Positions 63,212-64,000 of a stretch of 64,000 nt of DNA are shown here, piece after piece. The stretch comes from a virus. Position 1 is the first letter of the stretch, and every line of letters begins with the position of its first letter. The stretch covers positions 1,352 to 65,351 of the IMG/VR virus record IMGVR_UViG_3300028829_004004. One strand, 5' to 3'. Under the pieces are notes generated by a model. That model was not told the origin of the DNA and made no database searches. It worked only from the letters and a program-made list of their open reading frames with translations. The position numbers and the translations under genes were made by a program.

Positions 63212-64000
63212 AGCCAACCGAAAGATACAAAAACAATTGAGAAAAGTCCGGGAAAAGTAGAACACGTGAGCGGAACGTACCAAAGGTGAGAAAAGAGCCT
63301 GTATAGACACATACAAAAGCAGCGGAAAAGCGCCTGTACAGATAGATATAGAAACACCGCCGGAAGTTGACCGCTTTTGTAGTTATGTGGTGGTTCCATT
63401 TTCCGAATTATAGTGGCATCTCCCATCCTGAAATCAGAAAATGGTGTGAATAGAATCACACACAAGAGCATATCACCTACTTTCCGAATATGGCACTACA
63501 GATACGAGCTAAAGCATTCCATTTATATAGGTCTATATAAAGTCTTCGTTTTTGTTGCAAAAAAGTATCGCCGCCAGTAGGGGAACGAACTAAAACGCGG
63601 TTTTCTCGCTTGGAGAAGGTAAGAAAAGGCGCGGGAATGAATGCAAACGTTTGCCTTTTCTGCAAAGGGGTGGAACTAAAGCGAGTCTTGACGATTTGAA
63701 GGCTGCCCCGCTTCACGTATAGAAAGAACGCCGGCAACGGTAGCGCTCTTTCACATTTCGATTCCCCTTCATGCAGCAAGGCAAGCCCCAGAGCTTGTTG
63801 GCTTCCACGCCATTTAGACCTTGTGGGCGGGCATGAATCGGTGGCCGGCCAAGCCACTAGCGGTAACCTTGCCACGATGGCAAGGCCCGCGCAACTCCCT
63901 AATTGGAGCGAATCAACATGCAAACTGCATATGATTCTAACAACGCGCTACTTCGTAGCGTTCCTACCTGCGGCGACTTCGTTCGCTTCTGCGAATCCGA

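Larger units (their letters stand above)
1156..63655. repeat. Dispersed 14-bp palindrome TGCAAACGTTTGCA
   Basis: Perfect copies start at 1156, 4542, 7124, 11297, 18360, 22808, 33332, 35413, 39543, 42131, 50134, 58601, 58905, 62632, 62690; one-mismatch copies at 13659, 16147, 28181, 46826, 53927, 56741, 62991, 63642; two-mismatch copy at 63101. Confidence 0.95.

Noticed and set aside
1156-63655. Palindrome as a literal purine (PurR) regulon
   Set aside because: Only the 12-bp core matches, the flanks differ, and the sites are not associated with purine genes; kept only as a LacI-like resemblance
1-64000. Prophage boundaries, integrase or a diversity-generating retroelement
   Set aside because: No integrase, reverse transcriptase, TR/VR pair or host housekeeping genes are visible in the window

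Overview
The whole window is tailed dsDNA phage (siphovirus-like) sequence with no recognisable host genes, integrase, endolysin or CRISPR array. A long leftward (- strand) unit (about 2.2-49.3 kb) carries packaging, head, neck and tail genes (terminase, portal, HK97-type protease, major capsid, tail tube, frameshifting tail chaperone, tape measure) followed by a complete replication/recombination module (initiator, DnaC-like loader, DnaB, primase, SSB, family A polymerase, SF2 helicase, RecA, Cas4-like nuclease, two resolvases). A rightward arm (49.3-62.6 kb) carries a sigma factor, thyX, a DNA methyltransferase, many small ORFs and a tRNA-like element, followed by about 1.4 kb of repeat-rich, probably non-coding DNA. 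Three things stand out. (1) A large glycan-building and sulfation toolkit: about 7 glycosyltransferase genes, GalE, 3 sulfotransferases, APS kinase and a SAM methyltransferase. Much of it is embedded among virion genes next to three poly-serine/Ser-Gly repeat proteins, suggesting a sulfated-glycan-coated virion (inference). (2) A 14-bp palindrome, TGCAAACGTTTGCA, occurs in 15 perfect and at least 8 one-mismatch copies, spread every 2-5 kb inside and between genes. (3) The family A polymerase has both its steric-gate Glu and its partner Tyr substituted (E710Q/Y766F equivalents). Family names are assigned from visible motifs and recall, not database searches.
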